From Candidatus Latescibacterota bacterium (GTDB lineage: Bacteria; Krumholzibacteriota; Krumholzibacteriia; WVZY01), in the NCBI GenBank assembly GCA_963791045.1, contig CAWBQK010000011.1, positions 288,001 to 352,000 of the forward strand: a stretch of 64,000 nucleotides of DNA. The letters run 5' to 3'. This document shows, piece after piece, positions 9,269 to 19,585 of the stretch. The translations under genes and the position numbers were made by a program. The notes under the pieces are model-generated. The model saw only the letters and a list, made by a program, of their open reading frames with translations. It ran no database searches and was not told the DNA's origin. How positions within the stretch are numbered: the stretch's first letter is position 1; each line of letters opens with the position of its first letter.

Positions 9269-11071
9269 TCACACGCCCTTTCGTCGTTTTTCGAAAACCG
9301 CTTTTACGCCGTCGGCGTCGAGTGAGTTGATAATGTCGTCTTTTGTCAGCCAGCCCTTTCGCGCGATTCCAACGCCGTAGAGATATTCGTGCATCCCATC
9401 AATCGTGTGCGAGTCGGGGTTGATCGCGATCATGACGCCGCGCTCTTTAGCCGAGCGAAGGTAGCGCCAGTCGAGATCGAGTCGGTGCGGGTTGGCGTTG
9501 ATTTCAATGAGAAGATCGTTCTTTGCCGCAGCGTCGATGAGTGCGTGGACGTCGACTTTGTATCCTTCGCGCGCGAGAAGCAGTCGGCCCGTAGGATGTC
9601 CCAGTATTGTCGAGTACGGGTTCTCTATCGCTTTTATGATCCGCGCCGTCATGTCGGCTTCCGACATCCCGAAGTTCTGATGGACCGATATGACGACAAA
9701 ATCGAGAATGTCGAGGACATCGGGCGGATAGTCGAGCGAACCGTCGGGAAGGATGTCCGATTCGATCCCATGAAAAATCCTGAACCCCCCGAGTCGCGAG
9801 TTAACTTCTTTTATTTCATCGGATTGGCGTTTGAGGTCGTCGGCCGACAGACCCCCGGCATACGCGGCGGTCTGGCTGTGGTCGGCGAGCCCGAGGTACT
9901 CGAACCCCATTTCCTGTGCCGCCCTTGCCATTTCTTCCACGGAGGCGGTGCCGTCGCTGTACGTGGTGTGGACGTGGAGGATCCCGCGGATGTCGTCCGC
10001 GGTGACGAGATTGGGAAGCGTGTGGTTTTCTGCCGCTTCCAACTCGTGCTGCGCTTCGCGAAGCTCGGGGGCGATATAGTCGAGACCGAGCGCGGCAAAT
10101 ATCGCCGCTTCATCCGCGCACGTCACACGTTCCTCACCCTTGAAGAGCCCGTACTCGTTGAGCTTGAAACCCATTTTCTTGGCGCGCCCGCGCATCTCGG
10201 TATTGTGTTCTTTGCTCCCCGTAAAATACGCGGAGGCGAACGGAAACTCTTCGTCGGTGACAACGCGGAGATCGACATTTATTCCGGACTTGAGCGTGAC
10301 ACTCGACTTGGTCTTGCCTTTCGCGATAACCGATGCGACACGATGGAATGTTGTGAAATCCTCCATGATCGAATCCGTCTTCGACGCGCTCACAAGTATG
10401 TCGATATCTTTGACTGTTTCCCTGTGGCGCCGGAGGCTTCCCGCGACGAGTGATCTTTTGACGTCGGGGTGGGCGTCGAGTGCTTCTTGCAGCACCTTCG
10501 ACTCGGCAAGGGCCTTATTGATCCGGTGGCGCTCGCTGTATCTCTTGACGTTTTGGATCCCCTCGAGAATCTTGATCTGCGTCCGTTCTCCAAACCCTTC
10601 GAGACCGGAGATCTTATCGTCCCGCGCCGTCTTCTCGAGGTCCTCGATCGATGTTACGCCGAGTTTTTCATAAAGCACACGGACCTTCTTCGGCCCGAGA
10701 CCGGGAATTCGGAGGAGCGCAAGCAGTCCGCCTGGGATTTTGCCGCGCGTCTCTTCGTAAAGGTCGAGCCGTCCGGTGGTGTACAACTCTTCGATCTGGG
10801 CAAAGAGCGACTTGCCGATTCCCTTGACCTCGAGGAGTTCGCCCGACGCGAGCATTTCGCCCAGGTCGCGCGGCAGGTTGTCGAGGGCTCTCGCCGCGTT
10901 CTGATACGATCGAATCTTGAAGGGGTTGTCGCCGAGAATTTCGAAGATGTTGGCCATTTCCTGAAGAGTCTTCGACACATCGGCCTTTGTCGTCGATGCG
11001 GCTCCGGCTTCGTGAGACTTTATCGGTCGGGCTTTATTCGGTGAATCGGATCGGTCGGAAGGCTTTTTCAT
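9269..11071 (-). CDS. polX: DNA polymerase X with PHP 3'-5' exonuclease domain
   Basis: NPFKIRSY, HhH motifs, GSLRR, KDIDIL, VDLR, YFTGSKEHN; PHP motifs HVHTTYSDG, ADHS, GHPTGR, DSH. Confidence 0.95.
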   Translation of the reverse strand: MKKPSDRSDSPNKARPIKSHEAGAASTTKADVSKTLQEMANIFEILGDNPFKIRSYQNAARALDNLPRDLGEMLASGELLEVKGIGKSLFAQIEELYTTGRLDLYEETRGKIPGGLLALLRIPGLGPKKVRVLYEKLGVTSIEDLEKTARDDKISGLEGFGERTQIKILEGIQNVKRYSERHRINKALAESKVLQEALDAHPDVKRSLVAGSLRRHRETVKDIDILVSASKTDSIMEDFTTFHRVASVIAKGKTKSSVTLKSGINVDLRVVTDEEFPFASAYFTGSKEHNTEMRGRAKKMGFKLNEYGLFKGEERVTCADEAAIFAALGLDYIAPELREAQHELEAAENHTLPNLVTADDIRGILHVHTTYSDGTASVEEMARAAQEMGFEYLGLADHSQTAAYAGGLSADDLKRQSDEIKEVNSRLGGFRIFHGIESDILPDGSLDYPPDVLDILDFVVISVHQNFGMSEADMTARIIKAIENPYSTILGHPTGRLLLAREGYKVDVHALIDAAAKNDLLIEINANPHRLDLDWRYLRSAKERGVMIAINPDSHTIDGMHEYLYGVGIARKGWLTKDDIINSLDADGVKAVFEKRRKGV

Positions 11072-11931
11072 TTTTTGGTTTGGAAACCGAGCTTCTTCAT
11101 CAGCTCATCGAAATCAACCTGGTGGCCGTCGAGATTTATTTGACCCGACAAGTCGGGTGCTTCGCGCGTGCCCTCACTCCCGTCGGGTTGAGCAGGCGCG
11201 ACGTCGGGAGCATCGAACACGGCGGCAAGACTAATCGTCGTCGGGATGCTGAAGGGGCGCGTCGTGTCCGACGCGGATTTCAAAAACTTGATCGGACCGG
11301 CGGCATAGACGTGTTCGATTTCTTGTATCTGATCGCACACCGCTTTGAGTGTTTGCCGGACGGGGCCTTTGATGCCGTAGCTCCCATCCTCGGTGATCAC
11401 ATAGAGTTCATCGCAGTATTTGTCGAGCCGATCCAGCCAGAAGATTTCATTCTTCGACGGATAGCCCGCGATGAGCATTGTATAGCAACCCTTTTCCTTT
11501 AGCTCTCGGAGTCTTGTAAAAACGGCCGGCACGCCGAGACCCTCGGCAACAAGAAGCGCTTTGCCGGGGACAGGCATGTTGCCTGCCTGCTCCACCGTGC
11601 CGTCGATGTGTACGACCGAGTTCTCATCCAATTCCTGCGTGGTGACCGAAGAAGTGTCCTCCGCAGGCGCCGCGGTGTCGCCACTCGCGGTAAAAGAAGA
11701 GACGGGGTCGCGGAGAGCATCGGAATCCGCGGCAGGGTTGCGGATCACGATTGTGATGGTTCCCTTGTCCGTGTCGAAATCAGCAATGGCCCGCGGATGC
11801 GCCTCGGCCTGATCGCCGAGCCGGGTCATGACGACCTGGCCCGTCAGGGCGGCCGCTGCGATTTCAGGCGCCTCGATCTCGATCGCTGTAATAGAGTCCG
11901 TCAGTTTTTCGATAGATACGATTTGCGTCAT
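11068..11931 (-). CDS. NfnA/SudB/PyrK-like FAD-binding subunit lacking the [2Fe-2S] cysteines
   Basis: IEIEAPEIA...GQVV...IADFDTDKGTITIV, ITEDGSYGIKG, AAGP and the C-terminal DGHQVDFDELMK match the NfnA family. The DGxGxCGxC..C segment is absent. Confidence 0.7.
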   Translation of the reverse strand: MTQIVSIEKLTDSITAIEIEAPEIAAAALTGQVVMTRLGDQAEAHPRAIADFDTDKGTITIVIRNPAADSDALRDPVSSFTASGDTAAPAEDTSSVTTQELDENSVVHIDGTVEQAGNMPVPGKALLVAEGLGVPAVFTRLRELKEKGCYTMLIAGYPSKNEIFWLDRLDKYCDELYVITEDGSYGIKGPVRQTLKAVCDQIQEIEHVYAAGPIKFLKSASDTTRPFSIPTTISLAAVFDAPDVAPAQPDGSEGTREAPDLSGQINLDGHQVDFDELMKKLGFQTKK

Positions 11932-12018
11932 GTTTTCCTTTCCCGTGAAAACGGGGCGAATCATACACCACTATGATACCGGTATTCAAATGGGAAATGG
12001 AGAAAAGATCGAGCCGCG

Positions 12019-13211
12019 TCAGTCGGCAAACATCGATTTTATGGCGCCCCAGGACCGTTCTCTGACAGGGACACCACCGCAGCCCACCGGGTGAGCGCCG
12101 ATTTGCCCGCAAGAAACCCCGTCGGGATGGTTGCCGGGTGCGCACGGGGATGTTCCCTCGAGAAGGAGATCCAGGGAAAGCGGTGCGCAAAACAGCGGGT
12201 TCAAGCGGAAATTCCCGTTCACGCCTTCCTGATCCGCCAGAGGGCCGACCCAGTTGCCGCCGTTGTTGCCAAACAGGTCCGAACAGGAAAAGATCATCGA
12301 GGTCGTCTCGTGGAGCGCCGCGGCGCCGCCGGAGATACTATTCGCGATGATGGTGTTGTTGACCATGAGATCGGTGTCGGAGAGAAGCGCAATGCCGCCG
12401 CCCGCCGCCGCCTGGTTCTTATAAAACGTGCAAAAGCTAACGCTCGACGGTTCGCAGTTCTGGAGCGCCAATCCGCCGCCGTCCGACAGTCGATCGTGTT
12501 CCTGCGATATCGTGCAGTTCTCCATGACAAGCGGGACGTTGTAGCCGAACAGACCGGCGCCGTACCCGGTGGCCGTAGTTGTTTTGAATCACGCAGTTGG
12601 AAACCAGGCAGGTGAGCGGGGAATTGACAAAGAGAATCGCCCCGCCGTGATGTGCGGTGTTGCCTTCAAAAAAACAGTCGATGAGCTGTGGCGCTCCCCA
12701 ACCACCGTACCAGTACGCTCCGCCTTGTGTGGCCGAGTTGTATTTAAATATCGAATTCTTGATGATTGGCGACGAGAGATGCGCGGTGAATCCGCCGCCG
12801 ACCAGGTTGCCACGTTGTGTGGGACGCCGCGTGGGTAAATGTAAACCCATCGATGGTCAGACCGCCGGGGAAGTCCGGATAGTGTCCCTGGTAAAAGAAG
12901 ACCCGGCCCTGGTTCTCTCCGTCGAGAATAGTCATCGCAGGGCCTTGTTCGCTCACGATGGTCATCGCGGGCCAATCGCGCATGATCCGGATCATGCCGT
13001 AATCGTCCCCCGTCCCCTGGCTCGACCAGCTGTAAACGCCGGGACCGACGAGAACGGTGTCGTCCTGCGCCGCCGATTCGATGCCCGCCTGGATTGTCGG
13101 GGCGTCGCCCGTGCCGTCGGCTTTGATATACCACGTTCTCGAGTGCGAGACGGATACGGATGCCAGCATAAAACAAGCGATGGCGAGCAACATACGGCAG
13201 GTACGGTTCAT
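12019..13211 (-). CDS. Secreted right-handed parallel beta-helix repeat protein, split by about two frameshifts (near 12825 and 12573)
   Basis: Signal peptide, DAPTIQAGI..A..DTVLVGPGVY, N-x-A-x-x-GG repeats spread over three consecutive frames, NPLFC..SPC..IGA, and the C-terminal SWGAIKSMFAD. Confidence 0.75.
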
Positions 13212-13266
13212 TGACGGTCTCCCAGGGTAGAGACGATGTGGGGATTTAAGGGCGGGGCTATGCCTA

Positions 13267-13295
13267 ATTATAAAACATCGAAAGGGTGAAAGCAA
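13267..13295 (-). promoter_or_regulatory. Sigma70-type promoter for the beta-helix gene
   Basis: TTGCTT-17 nt-TATAAT on the minus strand, 56 bp upstream of ATG 13211. Confidence 0.55.
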
Positions 13296-13379
13296 CGGCA
13301 CGGCTTCAAGTTAGCCGTGCCGAAGACTCGAACACAATTCGAGGTGGCAGTATTTTGAACACAACGTCAGGCAGTGTCC

Positions 13380-14874
13380 TTAACTCACGCCTCCCATCAA
13401 CCGTTTTATCGGTTTGATAAAGAAAGCAAGAATGAGCCCGGCGCCGATGGGCACCAGCGCGACAATAAGAAACAACTGCGGCAGCGGGAGCGTGTCGTAG
13501 AATCCGGCGAGACGCCCACCCATGTAGTTGCCGACCGAACCGGCGAGGAACCACACCCCCATCATCAGGCCACCCACACGCGCCGGCGCCAGTTTGGTCA
13601 CCGTGCTGAGTCCAACCGGACTCAAGACTCAACTCCCCAAATGTGTGCAGGAGCATCGCCGACACAAGCCACATCGAGCTCACGCGCGACACCCCTCCCG
13701 AAGACATCGCGGCGGCGACCATTATGAGATATCCGACTCCAACGAACACCATTCCGATCGCGAATTTGCTCGGGCTTGACGGTTCGCGACCGCGTTTGTT
13801 GAGCCACAACCACAGCCAGGCGAACACACCGGCAAAGACGACAATGAAGAGCGCGTTCAACGATTGGAAATACCCCGCCGGGAACTCCCAGCCAAGGATA
13901 ACGCGGTTTGTAAAATCGCGTGCAAAGAGGTTAATGGACGAGCCGTGCTGCTCGAACGCGCCCCAGAAAAGTGCCGCGCAAAAGAACAGCAAGAGGATTA
14001 CAAGAAGTCTGTTCCGCTCGACGGGTGTCCAGTGGCCTGCCTTGAATATCCATATGAAAGTAATGGCGGCGATGAGTGCGAGGACGATGCCAAACACATT
14101 TGATACGCCCTCCGCCGTTACAGCCACAATCCCCGTCTTCTTGAGGATGACGATGAGGATGATTGCCGCCACAACCGATCCGATTCCGACGATAAAGTTT
14201 CGGATCCGGCTCAGCCTCTCCTGTTCGTCCCTGGCGGGCGCCGGGTGTTTTCCGGCCTCGCCGAGGTATTTGCTTCCATAGACAAACTGAACAAGACCAA
14301 GAATCATCCCGACACCCGAGGCGACAAAAGCGAGGTGCCAGTTGACCTGCTCGCCTATGAAGCTGCAGATAAGTGGAGCCGAGAAGGCGCCGATGTTGAT
14401 TCCCATGTAATAGACGCTAAAACCGGAGTCGCGGCGTGCATCTCCTTCTTTGTAGAGCATCCCGACCATCGTGCTTGCGTTGGGCTTGAGAAGGCCGGTG
14501 CCCAGCGCGATAGTGGCAAGGCCGAAATAGAACAACAACATGCCCGGCGCGGCGAGCATGAAGTTGCCCGCTGAAATAAAAATACCGCCAAGGATAACCG
14601 ACTTCCGGTGCCCGAGAATGTTGTCGGCAAACCATCCGCCGGGAAGGCTCGCCATGTAACCGGAGGCCGTGTAGACGGCGTAGATTGCACCCGCCTTGGC
14701 CACGTCGAACTCGAGACCGCCGTCGGTGTTGCGCGCCGTCATATAAAGAATGAGGAGTGCCCTCATCCCGTAATAACTAAAACGCTCCCACATCTCCGTG
14801 AAGAAGAGCGTGGAGAGACCGCGCGGGTGACCGAGCCACTGTTTTTCATGGGCGTTGGAAGCGGTACTGCTCAT
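13380..14874 (-). CDS. POT/PTR-family proton-dependent di/tripeptide transporter, frameshift near 13626
   Basis: GHPRGL..LFFTEMWERFSYYGMRA, GTGLLKPN, YMGINIG, FQSLN. The C-terminal SPVGLS..TKLAP continues in ORF 13380..13625. Confidence 0.9.
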
Positions 14875-15098
14875 GTTTGACGATCCTTGTCAGAATTGTT
14901 TCGTCATGGGCGGATTCGCGGAAGTGGAAGTCCGCCGGTAAATCACCGGGACCGATGCGGGGCGCAAAATCAAAAATGTGGACGGATTGTAACGGACGAC
15001 TTGCAATAAGTCAAGGCAACCCACTAAGATACACAGACGAAGAGAAAGGGAGGCGCGAAGCCGACATTGCAGTTGAATTCGGTTAAACTCAAGACGTT

Positions 15099-16064
15099 AT
15101 GTGTGCTGAGAAAAAAAAGATCACGTTGAGCTGTGAGGTGGATAACTACCGGTCGGGTTGGTCGGTCGTCCAATTCTTGTCCCACCGCTTCAAGTACCAC
15201 ACGGCCGATCGGTGGACTCAGCGCGTGCTCGACGGCTTCGTCCGCGTCAACGACGCCGATGTGACTCCCGATCATGTTGTGAAAAAGGACGACACGATCA
15301 CCTACACATTCCATCACACCGAACCCGATGTTGATTTCAAATACGATATTGTTTATGAAGACGAGTATCTGCTGGCCGTTTCGAAATCGGGGAACATCCC
15401 CGTCCACGCTTGCGGCGTCTACATCAGCAATACGTTGATCGGTACGCTCAAAAACATCCACGGCGATCACTTGAATCTCGCCCACCGGCTCGATCGGGAG
15501 ACCAGCGGCCTGGTGCTGTTGTCAAAGGATCCAAAAACCGCGCGAATTATGGGGCGGATGTTTGCCGACTCCGAGGTGACCAAACGGTACAAGGCTGTTG
15601 TCCACGGCAGGGTAGAGCAATCGGTTGTCGATATCGATGCGCCGATCGGCAAGACCATCGAAGAAATCACCGACCGCCCCGATGAAGAAATCGACGGTGA
15701 CCTGGCCGAGGATCTACCACGGTACGTTCCGAGGCGGCGAGTTGATTTCGAAAAAGGGAAACAGGCGGCGACCAGATGTGAAGTCGAAGAGTATCTCGGG
15801 GACTTTACGTTGGTGAAAGCATTCCCGGTGTCCGGCCGAACCAACCAAATACGGGTGCATCTCGACTATATCGGTCATCCCATTGTTGGGGACAAGGTGT
15901 ACAAACCACCCGGCGTTGAATCGTCCGGGGAACTTATCGCGAGGCACGCCCTCCACTGTGCTGAGCTCGGTTTTACGCACCCCATCACCGGGCGTTCGAT
16001 CGAACTCTTCGCGCCCCCCGCGGAGGATATCGAAAAGCTCATCGCTTCGCTCCGTCGACTATAG
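15099..16064 (+). CDS. RluA/RluD-family 23S rRNA pseudouridine synthase
   Basis: S4-like N-terminus, HRLDRETSG, GRTNQIRVHL..IGHPIVGD, ALHC..L.F.HP. Confidence 0.92.
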   Translation: MCAEKKKITLSCEVDNYRSGWSVVQFLSHRFKYHTADRWTQRVLDGFVRVNDADVTPDHVVKKDDTITYTFHHTEPDVDFKYDIVYEDEYLLAVSKSGNIPVHACGVYISNTLIGTLKNIHGDHLNLAHRLDRETSGLVLLSKDPKTARIMGRMFADSEVTKRYKAVVHGRVEQSVVDIDAPIGKTIEEITDRPDEEIDGDLAEDLPRYVPRRRVDFEKGKQAATRCEVEEYLGDFTLVKAFPVSGRTNQIRVHLDYIGHPIVGDKVYKPPGVESSGELIARHALHCAELGFTHPITGRSIELFAPPAEDIEKLIASLRRL

Positions 16065-16724
16065 CGAGAGGTTTATCCCGGTGTTGAATGCGTGGACGAT
16101 GGGTCGCCCTTTTGTGTCCTGTCGGACATAATTGACGGTGACGCCCATATGATCGATGAGGAAAATCTGTGTTCCCAGGAGGAACCGATTTCGATTTGGA
16201 TAGTCGCCCCAGTGCTCCCTGTCGTCGCCGAATACCTCGGTGGCGACAAACGGCGCAACGGAGAATCTGCCAAACTGTGCCTTGTAGGAGAAGCCGACTT
16301 TTGCTCGGAACCGGATATGGTCCTCGATCAGGTTCTGCTCGAAGTATCTTGATTCTACACGGAATCGCGAAATAAGCGTTATGCCGCCGAAGATACCCGG
16401 CGTCCATCCACCCTGAACCGCCACCCGGTTCTCGCTCTCCTCGAGCGTTTGTGTTTGCAGGTTTTCACGTCTGTAGAGAACGCCGACATAAAATTTAGCG
16501 GGCAGTTTGGATGTCAGCCCACCCTGGATACCGTCGAGGAACGGATCGCCGAAGGACATTCCCTCCGCGTAGCGGCTTTCGTGGCAAAATTGTAAACTGA
16601 AGTTTTTTGAAGCGCTGATTTTCAGCGTGTTTGTCATCCAAGCCTGATCAGCGGCCAGCGCACAATTCGCGGCCGCTCCCACAAAAAGAAACAGTAGCCC
16701 CGATGTGAATACAATGCGTTTCAT
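16059..16724 (-). CDS. DUF2490-like outer membrane beta-barrel protein
   Basis: Signal peptide from ATG 16724; ENR, RFRVESR, RFR and RNRF..G pattern; amphipathic strands. Confidence 0.6.
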   Translation of the reverse strand: MKRIVFTSGLLFLFVGAAANCALAADQAWMTNTLKISASKNFSLQFCHESRYAEGMSFGDPFLDGIQGGLTSKLPAKFYVGVLYRRENLQTQTLEESENRVAVQGGWTPGIFGGITLISRFRVESRYFEQNLIEDHIRFRAKVGFSYKAQFGRFSVAPFVATEVFGDDREHWGDYPNRNRFLLGTQIFLIDHMGVTVNYVRQDTKGRPIVHAFNTGINLSL

Positions 16725-16885
16725 TCCAACAACCCAACCTCTCATCGCCTTCCAAAATATCTGTATGTCGTTTAGAGCCGACACTCTTCGAGTGCGGCTC
16801 AAACGACACTAAAAATGTGGGCGCAAGCGTTGTCATAAGTCCTTCCGGCCGCGCCCGGTGTTGCGCGGCGGCGGTTCTTTGGCGG

Positions 16886-18982
16886 CTATTGCGCTGCAAC
16901 GGCTGTCTCGTCCGAGTCCTTCGCTCCGCACAGCGCTTCCAACTCACGGTTGTAACAGTAAATCCCGCAGTTAAGACAGCGTTCCGCCTCGTAGCGGGCG
17001 TCTTTTTCGTCGATTGTCCCCTCGACTTCATGAAACGTTCCCAGACGTTCCTCGAGCGGAATTTCCGGTTCGTGGACACGCGGTTTGGGGGCGACGTCGA
17101 GAATCGATTCGAGCATGCACGCCGAAATCATATCGCGTTGACGGTCACAGATCGGTGGAATCTCGCCCTCCATCATGTAGAAATGAATCGAGCGCGCCAC
17201 ATAACGTCCCGCCGCGATCGCGTCAACCATTAGTGCGGGGCCTGTAAAACAGTCGCCCCCGGTGAAGATATAGGGAATGTCCGTTTGCAGCGTGTCTTCG
17301 CTCGCTTCGATGGTGTTCCACTTTGTGGTTTGAAGGATCGTCGTCTTGTCGTGTTCGACGAAATCAAGGTTGGGGAACTGACCGATGGCTTCGACGATCA
17401 TGTCGCATTCGATGATCTCTTCGGACCCTTCGATGGGAACCGGCCGGCGCCGTCCGCTCGGGTCGGGATCGCCAAGCTCCATTTTTTGCACTTCGAGTCC
17501 CCTGACATGTCCGTCGACGACGATCATTCGTTTTGGCGAGGAGAGGAAATGGAATTTGATTCCTTCCTCCTCTGCCGCGACGATTTCAACCGGGTTTGCC
17601 GGCATCTCGTTTCGCGATCGCCGGTACACCATCGTGACGTCTTTGGCTTCCATCCGCAGCGCGCTCCGCGCGGCGTCGATCGCCGTGTTGCCGCCACCGA
17701 CAACAATGACGCTCTTGCCGACCTCGACGCCCTCGCCGGTGTGGAACCGCCTCAAGAAATCTATCCCGCTGAAGACACCTTTGGACTCGCGTCCTTCGAT
17801 GTTGAGCGCATGATCGTTCCATGCGCCGACGGCAAGGAAGATAGCGTCAAAACCACCGGCGCGGAGAAATTCAATAGTGAAATCCTCACCGAGCGCGACA
17901 CCGGTGGTCGCCTTGATGCCAAGCCCGAGTATCCCATCGATCTCCCAGTCGAGGATTGCCTTTGGCAGGCGATACTCGGGAATCCCGTAGCGAAGCATGC
18001 CGCCGAGCTTTTCCTGTTTTTCGAAGATTTCGACATCGTGTCCGAGCCGCCTGAGATAGTATGCCGCGGAAAGTCCTCCGGGACCGCCGCCGATGACGGC
18101 GACCTTTTTCCCTGTAGAGGCGCCGACGGGAATCGACAGCCTCCCGCCGGAGTTCATTTCCCAGTCGGCGGCGAAGCGTTTGAGATAGTTGATCGCCACG
18201 GGCTCATCGTTCAGTTTGCGTCTGCATTCCAACGCACAGAGTTCGGGACACACCCTTCCCGTGCTCAAGGGCATCGGGTTGCACTCTTTTATTGTCAGAA
18301 GCGCCTGCCCATATTCCCCTTTTTTGATGTGTTGAATATATTTTGGAATGTTGATCTGCGCGGGGCACCTCTGGCGGCACGGCGCGAGACACTCCGTGTA
18401 CTGGTTCCAATGGAGGATTTTCGCTTTTTCGGAAATCAACGTGATGATGCCCTTCGGACATGCGCGCGCGCACTGACCGCATCCCACGCAGCGATTGGGG
18501 TCGAACTTGGGCAGACCGTTTGGCCCCATTGTGATTGCGCCGAATTTGCACGCTTTGACGCATGAGCCCAAACCAATGCAGCCGTGCTCGCACATGATCG
18601 GCCCGTGATAGTAAAGCATCGCCGCGCGGCAGTCGTCGAAGCCCGAGTAATCATATTTGACGGCTGCCCGTTCGCCCCCGCGGCACTCGTGAACCGCCAC
18701 CTGGGGCTCGGTTCCAACCATGCGGATTCCAAGATAATCGGCTATTGCGTTCGCCGTTTCGGTTTGACCGATGACGCATACATTGGCTTCCGCTTCTCCC
18801 TTGACGATCGCTTCCGCGCACGCGCTGCATCCCGCATACCCACATCCCCCACAGTTTGCCCCGGGGAGCAGATCGAGGACGCCTTTGATGCGCGGATCCT
18901 CTTCAACGTAGAAAATAATTCCCGCGATCCCAAGAATGACCGCCGCGAGAAAACCGATTCCAGCTAAAACCAACACTGGCAT
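16886..18982 (-). CDS. rnfB: RnfB fused to a GltD/NfnB-like FAD/NAD(P) oxidoreductase
   Basis: N-terminal TM, LPGANCGGCGYAGC, two ferredoxin motifs; then APC..CP, GRVCP..C..CRR, GGGPGG, GGMLRYGIP, GGGNTAID, YRR, GGD, and C-terminal EAERCLNCG. Confidence 0.9.
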   Translation of the reverse strand: MPVLVLAGIGFLAAVILGIAGIIFYVEEDPRIKGVLDLLPGANCGGCGYAGCSACAEAIVKGEAEANVCVIGQTETANAIADYLGIRMVGTEPQVAVHECRGGERAAVKYDYSGFDDCRAAMLYYHGPIMCEHGCIGLGSCVKACKFGAITMGPNGLPKFDPNRCVGCGQCARACPKGIITLISEKAKILHWNQYTECLAPCRQRCPAQINIPKYIQHIKKGEYGQALLTIKECNPMPLSTGRVCPELCALECRRKLNDEPVAINYLKRFAADWEMNSGGRLSIPVGASTGKKVAVIGGGPGGLSAAYYLRRLGHDVEIFEKQEKLGGMLRYGIPEYRLPKAILDWEIDGILGLGIKATTGVALGEDFTIEFLRAGGFDAIFLAVGAWNDHALNIEGRESKGVFSGIDFLRRFHTGEGVEVGKSVIVVGGGNTAIDAARSALRMEAKDVTMVYRRSRNEMPANPVEIVAAEEEGIKFHFLSSPKRMIVVDGHVRGLEVQKMELGDPDPSGRRRPVPIEGSEEIIECDMIVEAIGQFPNLDFVEHDKTTILQTTKWNTIEASEDTLQTDIPYIFTGGDCFTGPALMVDAIAAGRYVARSIHFYMMEGEIPPICDRQRDMISACMLESILDVAPKPRVHEPEIPLEERLGTFHEVEGTIDEKDARYEAERCLNCGIYCYNRELEALCGAKDSDETAVAAQ

Positions 18983-19000
18983 GATCGAACTCCACCTTGC

Positions 19001-19576
19001 TTAATTGACCATTCCGGCAAAACCGAGAAAGGCGAGTGACATGATTCCCGCTGTAACCAGGGCGATAGCTGTTCCCTTCATCGCCTCGGGGACGGGAGAA
19101 ACCATTAGTCTTTCGCGCAAACCGGCAAAAAGGATTATAGCCAGGGCAAATCCAGCCGCGCTGGCCATCGAGAATACAACCATATCGATAAATCCGAACT
19201 CGTGCTTGATGTTGAGAAGCGCCACACCCATAACCGCGCAGTTCGTCGTGATGAGCGGAAGATAAATGCCGAGCGAGTTGTACAAGGCGCGACTCTGTTT
19301 TTTGAGGAAGATCTCCACGAACTGGACCAGCGACGCGATTATCAGAATGAAGGTCAGCGTCCGGAGGAATTCCATATCATAGGGCTTGAGAAGGTAGTGA
19401 TACGCAAGCCATGTAAAAATAGACGCCAACGTGGTGACGAATATTACCGCCACGCCCATCCCGATCGACGTTTCGAGCTTTTTCGACACACCGCAGAACG
19501 GACAGTTGCCCAGGTACTGTGCGAGAAGAATATTGTTTACAAAGATGGCGCTTATGGCCAGATACAGGAGATCCAT
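19001..19576 (-). CDS. rnfA: Rnf subunit A
   Basis: VNNILL..YLGNCPF, LGIYLPLITTNCAV, GLRERL, AFLGF. Confidence 0.95.
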   Translation of the reverse strand: MDLLYLAISAIFVNNILLAQYLGNCPFCGVSKKLETSIGMGVAVIFVTTLASIFTWLAYHYLLKPYDMEFLRTLTFILIIASLVQFVEIFLKKQSRALYNSLGIYLPLITTNCAVMGVALLNIKHEFGFIDMVVFSMASAAGFALAIILFAGLRERLMVSPVPEAMKGTAIALVTAGIMSLAFLGFAGMVN

Positions 19577-19585
19577 CTACTGCTC

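Noticed and set aside
16059-16724. DUF2490-like barrel as the porin of a porin-cytochrome conduit
   Set aside because: It lies downstream of rnfB on the same strand, but it is small, separated by about 160 bp, and nothing in the sequence ties it to the cytochrome.
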